From positions 132,496,001 through 132,560,000 of the forward strand of contig CM059431.1 of assembly GCA_030390025.1 (NCBI GenBank): a stretch of 64,000 bases of DNA, written 5' to 3'. The DNA comes from Squalus acanthias. Taxonomy: Eukaryota. Shown here piece by piece: positions 23,451-34,450 of the stretch (positions are counted from its first letter, which is position 1; every line of letters starts with the position of its first letter). The position numbers and the translations under genes were made by a program. The notes below the pieces were generated by a model. The model ran no database searches. It was not told where the DNA came from and saw nothing but the letters and a program-made list of their open reading frames with translations.

Positions 23451-24265
23451 CACCCCCACCCCCACCCCACAGTGTTGCTAGGGTGCAAATGGCAGCAATT
23501 AAATTATACAATGTAATTTCCTCATTTGCATATCATCATAATATATCTGCAATTTGTGGGCAAGCATATTTGCAGCTGCCTCCCACTGTTGGTGGAATAT
23601 TCTGATGGGCAAAGAGGTGGGGACTCAGTGTAGCTAGATCCCATTCCTGTCTATCCAGATTACTGTGTTTTAACACTGCAAGACCAGAGGGATTTGTGGC
23701 TTAATTTGGCAGTCATAGAGGTCACAGGAGAGCTGCTGTGAGAAATAGTAAAAAGTCACTCGTACAGCAGCAGTTTGAGTTTGGCACTGAAGCATGTTAT
23801 TTGAGCAGAGTAAAGGGAGCTTTACTGTACATCTAACCATTGCTACACCAGAGCTTGGCATGCTCGATGCTGACTCTGGATGCTTGAAATGAAACATCTT
23901 CTATTTCCCAGCACTAACATCTCTCACCTTGATGAACCCAAAATTCACAAATAAAACTCCCGCTGCCTCCCAGTATGTGATGAATTAAATGGCTTTCATG
24001 TGCTGATTAAATAGCCAAGAAATGCTGCAGTTTGAAGACTCCTACATTAGAGTCTGCAAAATGTGAATCCCAGTCTTGAGTAATACTTACACTGAATATT
24101 TTTGGCCAATGAGTTTGAAGACTAATTCTAATCCTATAGTTAATTCTAATCCTAGAGGGAAGGAAAGCTGTTTATGGACTTTTAAAATTAAAACTACTGA
24201 AAGGAGTAGGACCTTATATGTTTAATAGCACGTGACAAAAAACAATTCCTTTTTCAAGATTTTGA

Positions 24266-26960
24266 ACATAGGAATAGGTGTAGACCATTCAGCCCCTCTA
24301 GCCTGTTCTGCCATTCAATTAGATCATGGCTGATCTGTGCCTTAACTCCATCTACCCGCCTTGATTCTGTATCCCTTAATACCCCTGCCTGACACAAATC
24401 TATCAATCTCAGATTTGAAATGTTCTAATTTTAAGGTTATGGCCCCTTGTTCTGGACTCTCCCACCAGAGGAAATAGTTTCTCTCTATCTACCCTATCAA
24501 ATCCTTTAATCAGCTTAAACACCTCAATTAGATCACCCCTTAATCTTCTATACTCAAGGGAATACAAGCCTAGTCTATGCAACCTGTCCTCATAATTTAA
24601 CCCTTTTAGTTCTGTTATCATTCTGGTGAATCTGCGCTGCCCCCGCTCCAAGGGCAATATATCCTTCCTGAGGTGTGGTGCCAGAAATGAATGCAGTACT
24701 CCAATGTGGTCTAACCAGAGCTCTGTACAGCTGTAATATAATTTCCACCCCTTTGTATTCCAGCCCTCTTGAGATAAAGGCCAACGTTCCATTAGCCCTA
24801 TTAATTATTTTCTGTACCTGTAGTCTAGTTTATAGTGATTTCTGTAATTGAATCCCGAAATACTCTGATCTATCTTTCTTCGGTCCAAAGTGGATGACCT
24901 CACACTTTCCCACATTAAACTCCATCTGCCACAGTTTTGCACACTCACTTAATCTATCAACGTCCCTTTGCAACTTTCTACATCCATCTACATTATTTAC
25001 TGTGCCATCTAACTTAATGTTCTCAGCAAACTTAGATATAGGGCTCTCTATTCCTTCATCCAAGTCATTTATAAATATAGTGAAAAGCTGAAGCTCCAGT
25101 ACAGATCCCTGGGGGACACCACTGGTCACATCCTGCCAGTTTGAGTATAATCCCATTATCCCTACGCTCTGTCTCCTACCTCCTAACCAATTCCCTACCC
25201 AAGCCAATAGGTTTCCTCCAATTCCATGTGCTCCCATTTTTGTTAAGTCTCTTGTGGGAAACCATGTCTAATGCCTTCTGGAAATACAGATAAATAACAT
25301 CCATAAAGACCCCCTTATCTACCATGTTTGTTATCTCCTCAAAAAATTCAACTAGGTTCATTAGACATGACTTACCCTTTACAAATCCATGCTGGCTCTC
25401 TCTGATCAGATCATATTTGTCCAAATGCTCAGTCATTCTGTCCCTAATAACAGATTCTAGTACCTTCCCCACAAGTGACATTAGACTAATAGGCCTATAA
25501 TTTACTAATTTATCTGTTCTACCCTTCTGAACTAATGGAGTGACATTGGCAGTTTTCCAATCCAAGGGGACAATTCCTGAATCGAGAAAGTTTTGGAAGA
25601 TCATGATTAACACATCAACAGTTTTGTCACCTACTTCTTTTAATCCCCTGAGGTGGAAATCATCGGGTCCTGGAGATCTTTAATAATATTAGTTTCTCCA
25701 TAACCATGTTTTTACTTATGTTGAATCTAATTAGTTTCTTCCCCTTGATTTATTTTTAGTTTTTCTTGTATCTCTGGTGTTTTGTCCTCATCCTCTACCG
25801 ACACAAAGTAACTATTTAGTAAGTCTGCTATTTCCTGATTTCCAATTATATCACCTGCGTCTTCCATTAAGGGGCCCACATTATTCTTTCTCTTAATATA
25901 TTTGTAAAAACCTTTAGCGTTGTCCTTGATAGCCCTCGCTTTTTTTCGTATTCCCTTTTTGCAGCTCTTACCACTTTCTTTGTATCCCTTTGCTGTTCTT
26001 TATATCTGTCCCAGTCCGTAGGATTTTTACGGTACTTTGCCTTCATATAAGCCCTTTCTTTTAGGTTTATACTATTTTTCACTTCCCTTGTTGACCAAGA
26101 TTGTTCAATTACACACGTAGAGCTCTAGCCTTTTAGGGGTATGTACAGGTCTTGTATTCTACCAAATACCTTTTTGAACACCTCCCATTCTTCATTCGTG
26201 CTTTTATCCATTAACAGTTCTGCCCAATCTATTGTGGTCAATTTCTGCCTCATCCCTCCAAAGTCAGCCTTATCTAAATTCAAAACCTTGATTCGTGATT
26301 CACCCTTCTCCATCTCAAACCTAATATCGAATTCGATCATATTATGGTCACTGTTAGCTAGGTGTTCCCATACCGTTAGATTATTGACTAATTCAGGCTC
26401 ATTGCTCATTACTAAATCTAAGGTGGCCTGTTGTTTTGTTGGTTCAAGAACATATTTTTCCAGAAGGCTGTCCTGAATACACTCAAGAAATTCACTGCTT
26501 TTGGGACTCGAGCTTTTATGCTTTGCCTACTCTATGCGGAAATTAAAGTCTCCCATTATAACTGCTCTGATTTTGCAACAAGCTTTTCTGATCTCTACGT
26601 TTATGTAGCCCTCTACTTTCTTACTGCTATCTGGAGGTCTATAAACAATTCTACTCATAGCGTAGCCTGCTCACCCTTACTGATATCTCTTCTTTCTAAT
26701 GCCGTAATAGTATCCCTCCTCCTTTTCCAATTTCCCTGTCCTTTCTAAAGACCTTATAACCTGATATATTTATCTCCCAGTAATGCCCAACTTGTAATCA
26801 GGTCACAGTGATGGCCACTACGTCATATCCTTTAAGCTGAATTTGCACTTCTAATTTACTTGTTTTCTTTCTTATGCTACGTGCATTAGTGTATAGAACA
26901 CTTATTTGGGTTATAGACACTATCCTGCCCTTACGCCCTGATGTTGCATTTAGCACACAT
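24266..26960 (-). mobile_element. CR1 LINE, nearly all of ORF2 (APE plus RT), decayed
   Basis: [84 protein letters not shown]; 3' UTR and tail. Deletions and frameshifts. Confidence 0.95.
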
Positions 26961-27041
26961 TTTAACTTAACACACTCCGCGCTCACCATGTTCTCTTTAT
27001 ACTCTGGGCCCTCCGCTCTCTCCATAATCCTTTATACTCTG

Positions 27042-27405
27042 GGGACTAACAATTTGTGGCTGCCATGAGAGTTGCCGGTGTCACCATGGCCTCGGGCTAA
27101 TGGCCGCTGAAAATGGAAGAGAGAAATGCACTCTGGGGGGCTAAAGATTTTTAGCCCAGCGCTAACTTACCATGTAACGCCTTCCTGGTGGCATTACTGC
27201 AGGCATCAGAGGTGAAGTTGTCGTCCAGAAGTGGCGTTCCAACTTCCAACAGCCTCTGAAAGCGAGGTAATGAGTTTGCTAGGCACTGTGGGAAATTAAA
27301 AGGGCAATGTATTAAAATGGCAATGCTTTTTGAACTAATAAAAATAAAAATGAAGTTAAAAAATGTAGTTTCAGCCCTTACTGCCTTTTAAAAAAATAAT
27401 TAACA
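27042..27405 (+). mobile_element. Left arm of a Harbinger element of the G/H family
   Basis: Co-linear similarity to 31906-32300 and 34451-34830 (e.g. CAGCCTCTGAAAGCGAGG, TGTGGGAAA..TTAAAAGGGCAATG). Confidence 0.75.
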
Positions 27406-27410
27406 TTATC

Positions 27411-27555
27411 GGGAATGGTAGCATAGTAGTTGTTACTGGACTAATAACCCACAAGGACTGGACTAATGATCTCGAGACAGAATTCAAATCCCACCTGGGA
27501 AATTTAAATTCAGTTAATTAAATAAATCTGGAATAAAAAGTGAGTATCAGCAACG
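27411..27555 (+). mobile_element. tRNA-derived head, same family as the head at 43421
   Basis: TGGTAGCATAGT A-box-like, GAATTCAAATCCC B-box-like, and ATTCAGTTAATTAAATAAATCTGG shared with 43530-43553. Confidence 0.75.
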
Positions 27556-27556
27556 G

Positions 27557-28065
27557 TTTTTTTATATTCATTCCTGGGATGTGGGCATCGCTGGCAAGGC
27601 CAGCATTTATTGCCCATTTCTAATTGCCCTTGAGAAGGTGGTGGTGAGCTGCTGCGTTGAACTGCTGCAGTCCGTGTGGTGAAGGTACTCCCACAGTGCT
27701 GTTAGGGAGGGAGTTCCAGGATTTTGACCCAGCGACGATGAAGGATCGGCGATATATTTCCAAGTCAGGATGGTGTGTGACTTGGAGGGAACTTGGAGGT
27801 GGTGGTGCTCCCATACGCCTGCTGCCCTTGTACTTCTAGGTGGAGGAGGTCGCAGGTTTGGGAGGTGCTGTCGAAGAAGCCTTGGTGAGTTGCTGCAGTG
27901 CATCTTGTAGATGGTACACTCTGCAGCCACGGTATTCCGGTGGTGGAGGGAGTGAATGTTTAAGGTGATGGATGGGGTGCTGATCAAGCGGGCTGCTTTG
28001 TCTTGGATGGTGTTGAGCTTCTTGAGTGTTGTTGGAGCTGCATTCATCCAAGAAAGTGGAGAGTA
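27557..28065 (-). mobile_element. 3' end of a Zenon-like (CR1-group) LINE
   Basis: YSPLSWMNAAPTTLKKLNTIQDKAARLI..IHSLHHRNTVAAECTIYKMHC; reverse complement of 47860-49164 minus the CR1 insert. Confidence 0.85.
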
Positions 28066-29063
28066 TAGAAACATAGAAACATAGAAAAATAGGAACAGGA
28101 GTAGGCCATTCGGCCCTTCGAGCCTGCCCCACCATTCAATATGATAATGGCTGATCCTCTATCTCAATACCATATTCCTGCTCTCTCCCCATACCCCTTG
28201 ATGCCTTTTGTGTCTAGAAATCTATCTATCTCCTTCTTAAATATATTCAGTGACTTGGCCTCCACAGCCTTCTGTGGTAGAGAATTCCACAGATTCACCA
28301 CCCTCTGAGTGAAGAAATTTCTCCTCATCTCAGTCCTACATGTCCTACCCCGTATCCTGAGACTGTGACCCCTCGTTCTGGACCCCCCAGCCAGGGGAAA
28401 CATCCTCCCTGCTTCCAGTCTGTCTAGCCCTGTCAGAATTTTATACGTTTCAATGAGATCCCCTCTCATTCTTCTAAACTCCAGTGAATACAGGCCTAGT
28501 CGACCCAATCTCTCCTCATACGACAGTCCTGCCATCCCAAGAATCAGTCTGGTGAACCTTCGCTGCACTCCCTCTATGGCAAGTATATCCTTTCTTAGGT
28601 AAGGAGACCAAAACTGCACACAGTACTCCAGGTGTGGTCTCACCAAGGCCCTGTATAACTGTAGTAAGACATCCTTGCTCCTGTACTCAAATCCTCTTGC
28701 AATGAAGGCCAACATACCATTTGCCTTCCTAACTGCTTGCAGCACCTGCATGTTTGCTTTCAGTGACTGGTGTACAAGGACACCCAGGTCCCTTTGTACA
28801 TCAACATTTCCCAATCTATCACCATTTAAATAATACTCTGCCTTTCTGTTTTTTCTACTGAAGTGGATAATTTCACATTTATCCACGTTATACTGCATTT
28901 GCCATGTAATTGCCCACTCACTCAACTTGTCTAAATCACCTTGAAGCCTTTTTGCATCCTCCTCACAACTCACAATCCCACATAGTTTCGTGTCGTCAGC
29001 AAACTTGGAAATATTACATTTGGTTCCCTCATCCAAATCATTGATTTATTGTGAATAGCTGGG
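28066..29063 (-). mobile_element. Young 5'-truncated CR1; 290-aa ORF2 C-terminal segment (28164..29036) is uninterrupted
   Basis: [68 protein letters not shown] tail repeats. Confidence 0.95.
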
Positions 29064-29185
29064 GAGAACTCCTCTGCTCTTCTTCGAATAGTGCCATGAG
29101 ATCTTTTACGTCCACCTGCTAGGGCAGAAGGGGCCTTTGTTTAATGTTTCATCTGAAAGACAGCATCAACAACAGTGCTAAGCAC
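29064..29185 (-). mobile_element. Deu-domain SINE fragment (AmnSINE1/SacSINE1-type)
   Basis: Minus strand GTCTTTCAGATGAAACATTAAAC..AGGTGGACGTAAAAGATCTCATGGCACTATTCGAAGAAGAGCAG matches the Deu domain as I recall it. Confidence 0.75.
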
Positions 29186-29379
29186 TTATACAGTGAAATT
29201 ACTGACAGTAATTTCTACCCTATGTGTTGGAATTGTGGAGCACCCGTAAGTATATAAAAACTTCTGGTTTAATTTCAATGGTACATTGGGCTGTATTCTT
29301 TGAATCAGTTTGCATGGGATACAAAAACATTTTTCTGGTTAGTTCAAAGAATGAAGATCACAAAAATAAGTACAGATGA

Positions 29380-29535
29380 TGGAGGCCATTCAGTCCATCT
29401 ATAGAAACCTACATTCCCCCATCGCAGCATCTAACTGCCTCTTGAGTGATTCCAGAGTTTTTACCTCCCCTACCTTGACTGGGTGATAATTCCAGGTATT
29501 AATTATTCTTTATATGGAGAAGTGTTTTCTGACGA
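29380..29535 (-). mobile_element. Highly degraded CR1-like 3' fragment
   Basis: Starts GGAGGCCATTCAG; residual similarity to the C-terminal coding part of other CR1 copies. Confidence 0.5.
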
Positions 29536-29574
29536 GAATTGTGTGAATCAGGGTTTAGATTTCATGTAATAACA

Positions 29575-30030
29575 ACAGAAAACGCTGGAAAAACTCAGCA
29601 GGCCAGGCAGCATCCGTGGAGAGAGAAAGAGAGTTAACGTTTCAGGTCGATGACCTTTCGTCAGAACTGTGAAGAGCCGGAAATCAAATAGATTTAAGGC
29701 CAGAGTAAAGCTGGGAAAAGGGGGAGGGGATAAAAGAACAAAGGGGGAGATGAAGAGACATTAAGAGACATTAAGAGATCTGCAAGGCTAGAGGTGGTGT
29801 TAATGTGACAGATTAAGGCTGAAAGAAGTGTGAAATCCACTGGCAGAATGAAGGACAGCTGCCAGCTTCTAGGAGGAAAAAAAAGGTGGGGGGGGGGGGG
29901 CAAATAAAAGGGTGGAAAAAATAAAATATAAATGTGATTGGAGCTGAGGTTATGATCTAAAATTGTTGAACTCGATATTGAGTCCAGAGGGCTGTAGCGT
30001 GCCTAAACGAAAGATGAGGTGCTGTTCCTC
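29575..30030 (-). mobile_element. Penelope-like element 3' end (GIY-YIG C-terminus plus pLTR)
   Basis: EEQHLIFRLGTLQPSGLNIEFNNFRS* followed by a pLTR with a hammerhead; homologous to 54210-54640. Confidence 0.88.
29632..29668 (-). ncRNA. Minimal type I hammerhead ribozyme, core intact
   Basis: Minus strand AGUU-CUGACGA-A-AGGUC-AUC-GACCU-GAA-ACGU-U-AACU: perfect 4-bp stem I, 5-bp stem II, palindromic ACGU stem III, GUU cleavage triplet. Confidence 0.8.
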
Positions 30031-30530
30031 GGCTGCCTGTGTCTTAACTCGCACCAAGTGCTGTTCACTCATCACCCCTGTGCCTGCTGACCTACATTGG
30101 CTCCCAATTAAGCAATGTCTTGATTTAAAAATTCTCATCCTTGTTTTCAAATCTCTCCATGGCCTCACTCCTCCCTATCTCTGTAATCTCCTCCAGCCCT
30201 ACAACCCTCCGAGATAGCTGCACTCCTCCAATTCTGCCCTCTCGAGCATGCCCGATTTTAAATCGCTCCACCATTGGCGGCTGTGCCTTCAGCTGCCAAG
30301 GCGATAAGCTCTGGAGTTCCCTCCCTAAACCTCTCCGCCTCGCTACCTCTCTTTCCTCCCTTAAGATGCTCCTTAAAACCTACCTCTTTGACCAAGCTTT
30401 TAGTCATCTGCCTAATATCTCCTTCTGTGGTTTGATGTCAAATTTTGTTGATAACACTCCTGTGAAGCGCCTTGGGATGTTTTACTACATTAAAGGTGCT
30501 ATATAAATACAAGTTGTTGATGTTATTGTA
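30031..30530 (+). mobile_element. L2 LINE 3' end
   Basis: ITPVPADLHWLPIKQCLDLKILILVFKSLHGLTPPYL; LKTYLFDQAF; AAGCGCCTTGGGATG..GCTATATAAATACAAG tail. Confidence 0.9.
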
Positions 30531-31905
30531 AAATGAGATCGGTTTTTGCTTGTGATTGAGATTCAGATACCTCTGCTCCAAAATGCAATTGTGCAAGCAT
30601 AAGGTGAGGACAGAAGTGGATTCAGCTGTGATGTGATCCACAGTCCAATGGCCTGCCGATATACACTGATCTAACACACAAAGTATTGCCCCTTGGGTGA
30701 GGAACTGAAGGACACTCAGCACCCATGGAACTGTATCCCAGCATGAGTCAGTGCCCTAAAGAAAGAACGGAAGAAATTTGGGAGTGAAAAAAGTAATTTG
30801 GGGTTTCTTTGGATAGCTTCAGATTCAGGCCAGCCTCCTTCAGAAACTGGGTGCTGTTGTCAGGACGCTGGCATGTGAGCTACAAAGTAGATTGCTTTGG
30901 AACCACAGCGCATGGAGTTTCTACCCACCTTTCGATGCACACTGAATTCTTATTTGTGGCTGTGTTGTCAAATGTGCTGAGTGAAGGCTCAGTAGGCGTA
31001 ATTCTCTGACTTTGAGGAGCCTCACTCACTAGCAACACATGTCAACTGTGGTCAGAACATTGTTCACTGTGGCTCAGGAATTGCAAAGTCAAAAAATTAC
31101 CCAAGGGAGCCTGAATACTCATGTATCTTATAATCATCACATCAAGACCAATATTGGCATAGACTCAAGAGTAGGTCATCTGACTGCCCACTTGGCCATG
31201 GAATTCACCTCACATAGGAGGAAGTTTAAATAGAGTGGAAAAATATAAGTTAAAATGGGCACTCCTTTTTTAGCTGGAGTTCAACTTCAAAAAATAATCT
31301 AATTCCCCTCTGTGCAGCTTTCAGCTGCTCTTGCAGTTACTCTCGAGGTTTGTGCAGGACAAAATGTGTATACAAAAGAAAAATAACCCCCTGATGATAA
31401 ACCCATGCATGTGATATCAGCAGGCACATTACGAGAATTTTTCTGATGACTAGCTTTATTAGGTTTGACAGTTGTAAGCTATAAGTTTCTAATACAGTAA
31501 ATATTACTTCATTTAGCTCACAAGTGCTGAAGTAAATCTTCAGCAAGTACACTTTGTGAAGTCTTGTATATTTTAATGCCGTTCTATTTTTTGGATGGGA
31601 ATTAAAATATATTTTTCACTTTCAGGACAGTTCAAATGAAAATATCAGGATCATTCCAAAATTAAATTGTTTGCAGAATGAAGTGCACTCTGTTTCCACA
31701 AGATGTCTCTGCGGCCCACAATACTGTGTGTAGCTAACTAGAACAGTAAAGTTGTTGCCCTGTATTTTCAGAATCACTTAAATTACAGCAATAATTGTTA
31801 TTACTGTCTTATTGACATTTTGAGATCTTAATAATACTTTATATTTATGCAGCTAAATTGCACAGGAAAGGGGGAGAGATTGTCATTTGCCAAGATAAAC
31901 ATTGT

Positions 31906-33361
31906 GGCCTAGAAATTCGTGGCAGCCACAAAAGCTACTGGTGCCACCGCGGCCGGTGGGGTTGATGGCCGCCGAAAATGGTGGCGCTGGCAGGACCAAA
32001 AAATTGGCGCTGGGGACTAATTATCATCAGCCAGCGCTAAACTCAGAGTGTAACGCCGTCCTGGTGGCGTGGTCCAGGTAGCAGGCTCCAAAGTGGTGTG
32101 CCCAAGCGGCGTCGCTGCTTCAACAGCCTCTGAAAGCGAGGCTGTGATTTCACAAAGCATTGTGGGAAACTTAAAAGGGCAATGCATTCTTGTTTTCTTA
32201 AAAGGGCAATGCCTTCTAAAATGATTATAATAAAAATAATGTAAAAATATGCAGTTTTTAGCCCTTACAGCTCAACTGCCTTCTGAAAAAAAAACTAACA
32301 TTAAAAAGAATTCCCAAATGGCAGTCTTCAGCTCTTAAAGCTGAATTCCCTTCCGCACCTAAAAAAATGGGAAAAGTGGTTCAGGACTAACACAAATGGC
32401 TCAACAAGCCAGGGAAGGGGCACCCAGGGTCTCGCACGCAGCACTCCAGCTTTGTGCAAGGGGTTAACACTGCAAGAGAGGTCCTCTACCCACAGGGGCC
32501 AGGAGGCCCTCCAGAAAGAACGATGTGGGACCAGATCACCGAGACCGTCACTACCAACAGTGTCGCCCCCCCCCAACTGGCTCCAGTGCCCAAAGAAGCT
32601 TCATGACCTCAGGCCACTGGTCAAGGTCAGTGAATGCACCTTCAAAAGCCGTCTCCTACCAACTGCACCACTAGCCTCACACACTGCTCAATGCATGACT
32701 CCTCCCACCAACCTCCACCATCACTCACCTACCAACAATCTATACCAGTCATGAGGCACACCTCCCATTCCTAGCCTCACCTCACCCCCTTGGAGGAGAC
32801 GGTGCAGGCCATTCTTGGCAGGGGCATGGTTGAGCCTTTTGGCCAGCGGCGGGGCTGAAAGGATACAAGATGCTGGTATCCTCATACATTATCCTCCTTC
32901 TGGCATGCACCTCTTGCTTTCCCGCCCTCCCCACACCCAAGAAATGCAGCCTACCCAGCCAGTGAGTGACCAAGAAGAGGGAGAGGAGAGAGAGCAAAGA
33001 AGAGGAAGAAGAAGAAGAAGAAAAAAAAAGTCACTCGATTTGACCCTTTAAGAGGTGCTGACAGTGTCTCTGGCAGTCTGCTGAACGCTGGGTTTTCATG
33101 GTGAGCTTAGGACTCAGCGCTGAACTCAGCGCTAAGGTCCAAGTTCGCTAAGGTGACGTTAAATCGGCGTTGCATGCCGACTGATGTCACCCTCTCTTAA
33201 TTCACATTTCCCGTCAGCGCTGCTATCAGCAGCGTGAAGGCCCCCACCAAAATGGCGGCCACCAAGTCCCGCGCCAGATTAGGGTTCGAGAGTGGCGGCT
33301 GCCATTTTTCGACCGGATCGCGGCGAAATCACGTGGCCGTAAGTGGGCCAATTTCTAGGCC
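31906..33361. mobile_element. Non-autonomous Harbinger element G (Myb remnant only)
   Basis: Perfect 12-bp TIR GGCCTAGAAATT / AATTTCTAGGCC. Myb exon 1 from ATG 32396 (MAQQAREGAPR...WLQCPKKLHDLRPLVK|GTCAGT). Confidence 0.88.
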
Positions 33362-33491
33362 ATTAATTTTGTTTGGAATCTTTTGTGGAGTCTCTCATTT
33401 CAGCTTTGTGCCCAGGAGGACACTGCGTTATTCCGTGAGACAGGGATTGTATGATGGGGATGTGGTAAGCAATGGGAATCTGGGGTTAAAC

Positions 33492-34335
33492 TCATTGGAA
33501 TCGGGGTCTGATGAGCCGTTCACGGAGAGCCTGTCCGGAAGGATGATTGGCTGCCTGCCTCCTCCCTCCCTCCTCTTCCTCTTGCTCTTCATTGACCTCC
33601 TCGTCCTCCTCGTCCTCCTCCTCCTCCTCCTCTCCCTCTTCCTGAGGTGGTGCCGCAATCCCTGGTGACAAGGGCTGGGCCCTCATGATGGCCAAGTTGT
33701 GGAGCATGCAGCAGACCACCATGAAATGGGATACCCACTCCGCCGAATACTGGAAGGCTCCTCCGAAACAGTCAAGGTAATGGAACCGTTGCTTCAGCAG
33801 GCCGATGGTCTGCTCAATGATGCTCCTGGTGGCTGCGTGGCTCTCATTATATGAGTGCTGGGTAAGAGTGTTGGGGTTGCAGAGGCGAGTCATGAGTCAG
33901 ATAGACAGCGGATAGCCCTTGTCTCCAAGCAGCCACCCTCGAGCTTTCTGTGGTGGCTGGATGATCGCTGGCACTGACGCAGGATGAAGGCATCATGGCT
34001 GCTACCAGGATAGTGGGCATTAACATAGAGGAATCGCTGTGTGTGGTCTCACACCACCTGCACATTAAGTGAGTGGTAGCCTTTGAGGTTACAGAAGATC
34101 TCAGGATTGTTATGCAGCGCCCGCAAAGCCACGTGGGTGCAGTCGATGGCGCCCTGCACCATAGGAAAGCCCGCTATCCTGGCAAAGCCACATGCGTGCT
34201 CATCCTGCTTCTCTCTGCTCAGAGAGAAGACAAGGTAGTCCCTTCTCCTGGTGAAGAGAGCCTCCATGACCGCCCAAATTCAGCGATGGATGGCGAACTA
34301 TGAGATGCTAGCTATGTCTCCTGCTGGAGATTGGA
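33492..34335 (-). pseudogene. Harbinger DDE transposase, 5'-truncated
   Basis: [82 protein letters not shown]. All three catalytic acidic residues are visible, but stops intervene. Confidence 0.92.
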
Positions 34336-34342
34336 GATGAAG

Positions 34343-34450
34343 AAATGAGTACTTTGCATCTCTCTTCACTAAAGAAGAGGACGCTACCAATGTTACAGTA
34401 AAGGAGGAGGTAGTAGAGAAATTGGATAGGATAAAAATAGATAAAGAGAA
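34343..34450 (+). mobile_element. Internal CR1 ORF2 fragment
   Basis: NEYFASLFTKEE, homologous to 57732-57820. Confidence 0.7.

Noticed and set aside
23740..23940. Probable ancient interspersed repeat (also 30530-30770)
   Set aside because: Looks repeat-like, but I cannot support a family or boundaries from sequence alone.
33508..33535. CTGATGAG followed by a small hairpin
   Set aside because: No GAAA core; it is the antisense of the transposase C-terminal codons.
33492..34335. Domesticated host HARBI1 (or NAIF1/MSANTD for the Myb copies)
   Set aside because: Multiple divergent copies with stops, frameshifts and TIRs indicate transposon relics, so no gene symbol was given.
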